Source: Oceanispirochaeta sp. (GTDB lineage Bacteria > Spirochaetota > Spirochaetia > DSM-2461). Taken from it: a stretch of DNA of 64,000 nt. Numbering within the stretch: the stretch's first letter is position 1; each line of letters starts with the position of its first letter. The notes below the pieces were generated by a model that saw only the letters and a program-made list of their open reading frames with translations, was not told where the DNA came from and did not search any database. Below are positions 60,983-64,000 of the stretch, piece after piece. The translations under genes and the position numbers were made by a program. The stretch is taken from the NCBI GenBank assembly GCA_963666275.2, contig CAXXOA010000002.1:2016001-2080000 (forward strand), written 5' to 3'.

Positions 60983-61980
60983 AAACTGTCTATTTAAAGA
61001 ATTGCCACTTTGAATTACAAAATAGGATAGAAATTGAATCAACCTTCCGTATTTGGCTGTTGTGAGTTATATACGGGAGGTTTATCATGAAAAATATGGC
61101 AAGCTGGATTAGAGCCACATCTGATATAATGGTAAGGGTCCTTCTGGGACAGGAGGATAATCTCCCTCTTTTAAAGGACTTCATTAATTCTGTTCTGACT
61201 GATAGAGGTTTACCACCCGTCTCATATCTTGAACTCAAAAATCCGGTAAATCTGAGAACCATCTTCAATGAAAAAGAAACGGTATTGGATGTAAAAGCTA
61301 AAGACCAATCCGGTAAAATTTATGATATTGAGATACAGAGTATAGGAAACCGTGAGTTTATTCAGCGCAGTTTATACTACTGGGCAAAACTCTATTCCTC
61401 ACAACTGAAAGAGGGACATCAGTATAAAAAACTGAATCCTGTGATTTGCATTAATCTGCTGGATTTTGTGCTTTTTCCGGAAAAACCGGATCCTGCCTTT
61501 CATAGTTGTCATATGATTAGCGATATGGATGATTCGGAAACTATTTTGACTGACCATTTACAGATTCACTATATTGAGTTACCAAAAATTCATCCGAATC
61601 CTTTGGAGGTTCCCTCTGATCGGCTCAGGAAATGGGCATGGTATTTTAGAGAAGAAGGTATTTGGGAGGAAGAGGATATGAAAATCATACTGAAAGAAGA
61701 TCCAATTTTTCAAAAAGCTCATGATACATTTAACAATTTTACGGCAAATGATGAATATATGGAGCTCTACGAGGCCCGGATGAAATATGAACGTGACAGA
61801 GCTCAAGCTCTCTCCGATAGCTGGGAAGATGGACTTGAAAAGGGCTGTGAGAAAAGGAATCGGGAAATTGCTGAAAAACTCAAAAGCAAAGACTATTCCC
61901 TGGATCAGATCGTTGATATCACAGGGTTAACTAAAGAAGAAATTGAATCTCTATAAGGAATAACTGGTTGAATTTCAATC
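60983..61980 (+). mobile_element. AT-rich single-gene rpn cassette between the direct repeats
   Basis: Abrupt compositional shift relative to the GC-rich cbi genes; bounded by the 101-bp duplication. Confidence 0.65.
61087..61956 (+). CDS. Rpn family PD-(D/E)XK nuclease / putative transposase
   Basis: SD.....LLG, LDVKA...G..YDIEIQ, RSLYYWAKLY..QL..G..Y..L, IHYIELPK, I..ITGL..EEI; GGGAGG SD. Confidence 0.92.
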   Translation: MKNMASWIRATSDIMVRVLLGQEDNLPLLKDFINSVLTDRGLPPVSYLELKNPVNLRTIFNEKETVLDVKAKDQSGKIYDIEIQSIGNREFIQRSLYYWAKLYSSQLKEGHQYKKLNPVICINLLDFVLFPEKPDPAFHSCHMISDMDDSETILTDHLQIHYIELPKIHPNPLEVPSDRLRKWAWYFREEGIWEEEDMKIILKEDPIFQKAHDTFNNFTANDEYMELYEARMKYERDRAQALSDSWEDGLEKGCEKRNREIAEKLKSKDYSLDQIVDITGLTKEEIESL

Positions 61981-62081
61981 ATTCAAAGAAGAGTACAAGG
62001 CCTACAGCTTCAACGAGCTGGACGACTCCCGGGACGGCTATCTCTCGATCGTGATGATCCGGACCCGGCGTTCCTGGCTGT
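61981..62081 (+). repeat. right copy of 101-bp direct repeat (displaced cbiL 3' end)
   Basis: Encodes FKEEYKAYSFNELDDSRDGYLSIVMIRTRRSWL then TGA. Confidence 0.95.
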
Positions 62082-62156
62082 GAGTAAAATATTCACGGAC
62101 GTGAAAATTTTGCCTGAAACCAGGAATGTCAACTTAAAATATTCATGTACATGAAA

Positions 62157-62195
62157 ATATAAAAAAGGCAGGATCAGTTCCTGCCTTTTTTATAT
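62157..62195. terminator. bidirectional intrinsic terminator
   Basis: ATATAAAAAAGGCAGGA-TCAGT-TCCTGCCTTTTTTATAT. Confidence 0.85.
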
Positions 62196-62200
62196 CAGAT

Positions 62201-62947
62201 CTAAACCTCATACCCCCGGGGGGTTACCATTCTGTCTCCCATCCTTCGGGTGGCGCTGTTGCCTATGATCACGGTGGATCCCATATGGATCCTGTCGTAA
62301 AGGCCTTCAAGCTCATCCAGAGTGGTGATCATCACTTCGCAGGTCTCCCTGTAGGCTTCGTTCACAACCCCCACAGGGGTAGAACCTTTGCGGTGTTTCA
62401 GGTAGATCTGCCGGGCCTGTTCGATGTGATCCACCCGTTTTTTACTTTTGGGGTTGTACAGCACCGTCACAAAATCCCCTTCCGCGGCCAGTTCCAGACG
62501 ACGGAGGATCGTCTCTTTCGGGGTGAGCAGATCGCTCAGGGAGATCACGGCGAAATCGTGCATCAGAGGGGCTCCCAGCAGGGAGGCGCAGGAGTTGGCC
62601 GCGGTGATCCCCGGTACAACCTTCACCTCCACCTGGTCTTCCAGTTCCATGGCGTACTGCAGTTCCAGGGCCAGACCGGCCATACCGTAGACCCCGGCGT
62701 CTCCGCTGGAGATCAGGCAGACCCGCTTTCCCGTTGCCGCCAGGTTCAGGGATTCCCGGACCCGTTCGGTCTCCTTTGTCATGCCTGTTCCGAAGGTCTC
62801 TTTTCCCTGGATCAGGTCCTTTACAAGGCTCAGATAGCGGGTGTAACCCACAATGACCTGGGACTCTTCTATCTCTCTTCTGGCCGCCTGGCTCATCATT
62901 TCGGGTGAACCGGGACCGATCCCCAGTACAATTAATGTTCCTTTCAT
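62201..62947 (-). CDS. cbiH: precorrin-3B C17-methyltransferase
   Basis: GIGPG, VGY..Y, SSGDAGVYGMA, GAPLMHDF..ISLSD.LTP, LYNP.S, TPRGY. Confidence 0.94.
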   Translation of the reverse strand: MKGTLIVLGIGPGSPEMMSQAARREIEESQVIVGYTRYLSLVKDLIQGKETFGTGMTKETERVRESLNLAATGKRVCLISSGDAGVYGMAGLALELQYAMELEDQVEVKVVPGITAANSCASLLGAPLMHDFAVISLSDLLTPKETILRRLELAAEGDFVTVLYNPKSKKRVDHIEQARQIYLKHRKGSTPVGVVNEAYRETCEVMITTLDELEGLYDRIHMGSTVIIGNSATRRMGDRMVTPRGYEV

Positions 62948-63690
62948 AGTGAATCTTCCTCTGCCAGTGCGACTGTGACCGGGCCCGTTACGGTTTTGGG
63001 AGAGATCAGACGGGTGTTCCGTCCTCCCAGAAGGGCGCAGGGTTCGGCGACGGCTCTGGCTCCGATGTTTTTTTTCGCTGTTTCGCTTGTTTCATAGGGC
63101 CCGTCAAACTGGTTGATCCGGGTGACCGAAAAAAACCGGACCCCCAGGCCTCTATTGTAGAAGCACTCAAGAAGGCCCTGTTCGTCCTGTTTCAGGTCCA
63201 CGCTGGCTCCCAGACGGACCTGATCCCAGGTTAACCCCTTCCGGGTCAGAGCTTCTGTAACGGCTCTGTCTATCTCTCCGGCAGTGGTGCCTCTCCGGCA
63301 TCCCACTCCGGCAATGATCTTTCTGTTGGTATCGCTGGCGGTGGTCACCACAGGGCAGGCATTGAGAATGGTCCCCACCCTCAGGGCCAGGGCATTGGCT
63401 CCCCCTTCATGGCCCGAAAGGAGGCTGATCGCATACCGGGCGGCGTCGTCCACCACCACAACCGCCGGGTCCCTGTATTTGGACTCCACATAGGGGGCGA
63501 TCATCCTCACGACGATTCCCGTGGCCATCAGAAAAATCAGCCCCTCATACTCCCTGAAAAGGCGCTCCGTATTCTTTTTGAGCCATCCCTTTTCAAGCTC
63601 TATCAGGGGCGTGCAGTCCGGGAGATCCCGGGCGATCCTCTGTGCCAGAGGGGAGGCCGACGGGGTGACCGCAATGACAGCGGTTTTCAC
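62944..63690 (-). CDS. cbiG: cobalt-precorrin-5A hydrolase, compact form
   Basis: MATGIVVR.IAP, DPAVVVVD, LSGH.GGAN, TTASD, GVGCRRG, VAEP.AL; middle domain apparently absent. Confidence 0.92.
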   Translation of the reverse strand: MKTAVIAVTPSASPLAQRIARDLPDCTPLIELEKGWLKKNTERLFREYEGLIFLMATGIVVRMIAPYVESKYRDPAVVVVDDAARYAISLLSGHEGGANALALRVGTILNACPVVTTASDTNRKIIAGVGCRRGTTAGEIDRAVTEALTRKGLTWDQVRLGASVDLKQDEQGLLECFYNRGLGVRFFSVTRINQFDGPYETSETAKKNIGARAVAEPCALLGGRNTRLISPKTVTGPVTVALAEEDSL

Positions 63691-64000
63691 GGTTTGCTGT
63701 ATCCCTTTTCCCGGGCTGTTCTGTATTCATGGGTAAATCCCGGGTCGTAGAGCTTGGACATTTCGTAGAAAAAAGGTTCCTCCTGGGCCCGGAAAACCTC
63801 TCCCACCATAATCAGAGCCTGTTTCCGGATCCCTGCGGCCAGAACCTTTTCCGCAATATCCGACAGGGTTCCCGTGACAATCTTCTGGTCGGGCCAGCTG
63901 GCCCGGTAGACCACCCGGCAGGGGGTTTCGGGGCTGTAACTGTCTGCCAGTTCCTCCGCCAGGGTTTTAATCTGGGAGATCGAGAGGAACAGGATCAGCG
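63687..64000 (-). CDS. cbiF: cobalt-precorrin-4 C11-methyltransferase, 3' part (runs off window)
   Basis: LILFLS...Y.PETP..VVYRASWPDQ...GTL.DI...SKLYD..F.H.YR. Confidence 0.9.
   Translation of the reverse strand, partial: LILFLSISQIKTLAEELADSYSPETPCRVVYRASWPDQKIVTGTLSDIAEKVLAAGIRKQALIMVGEVFRAQEEPFFYEMSKLYDPGFTHEYRTAREKGYSKP

Noticed and set aside
50856..61042. Long antisense ORFs (50856-52343, 54632-55684, 59582-61042)
   Set aside because: They mirror well-supported GC-rich genes on the opposite strand.

Overview
Chromosomal window from a free-living spirochaete (inference from the orphan FliG, short AlaRS lacking the C-Ala domain, spirochaete-type lipoboxes and gene order). 1-21 kb: an AT-rich pair of paralogous lipoproteins, fliG, alaS, a cluster of REP-like repeats, hisZ-hisG-hisB, a LysM amidase, rsmD, recG, yggT, dnaE and an unannotated, internally deleted RAYT-type transposase. 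21-46 kb: signalling-rich accessory region. It holds a hybrid kinase, two GGDEF proteins (one with a premature stop), a FecR/beta-barrel gene pair and two different sensors sharing an uncharacterised Cys-rich output module. 46-64 kb: tetrapyrrole supercluster with unusual fusions (SirC-HemA, HemC-CobA-HemD lacking HemC domain 3, AhbAB, CbiE-CbiL), the Ahb heme pathway and anaerobic cobalamin genes. This cluster is interrupted by an AT-rich rpn cassette bracketed by a 101-bp duplication of the cbiL 3' end. Best candidate for an undescribed system: a 7TM-GAF-PAS histidine kinase with a C-terminal LuxI/FeeM-like acyltransferase domain, transcribed divergently from a membrane methyltransferase and a REC-HD-GYP phosphodiesterase (31456-36264). 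All calls come from reading motifs by eye; no database searches were run. No tRNA, rRNA or CRISPR array was seen.
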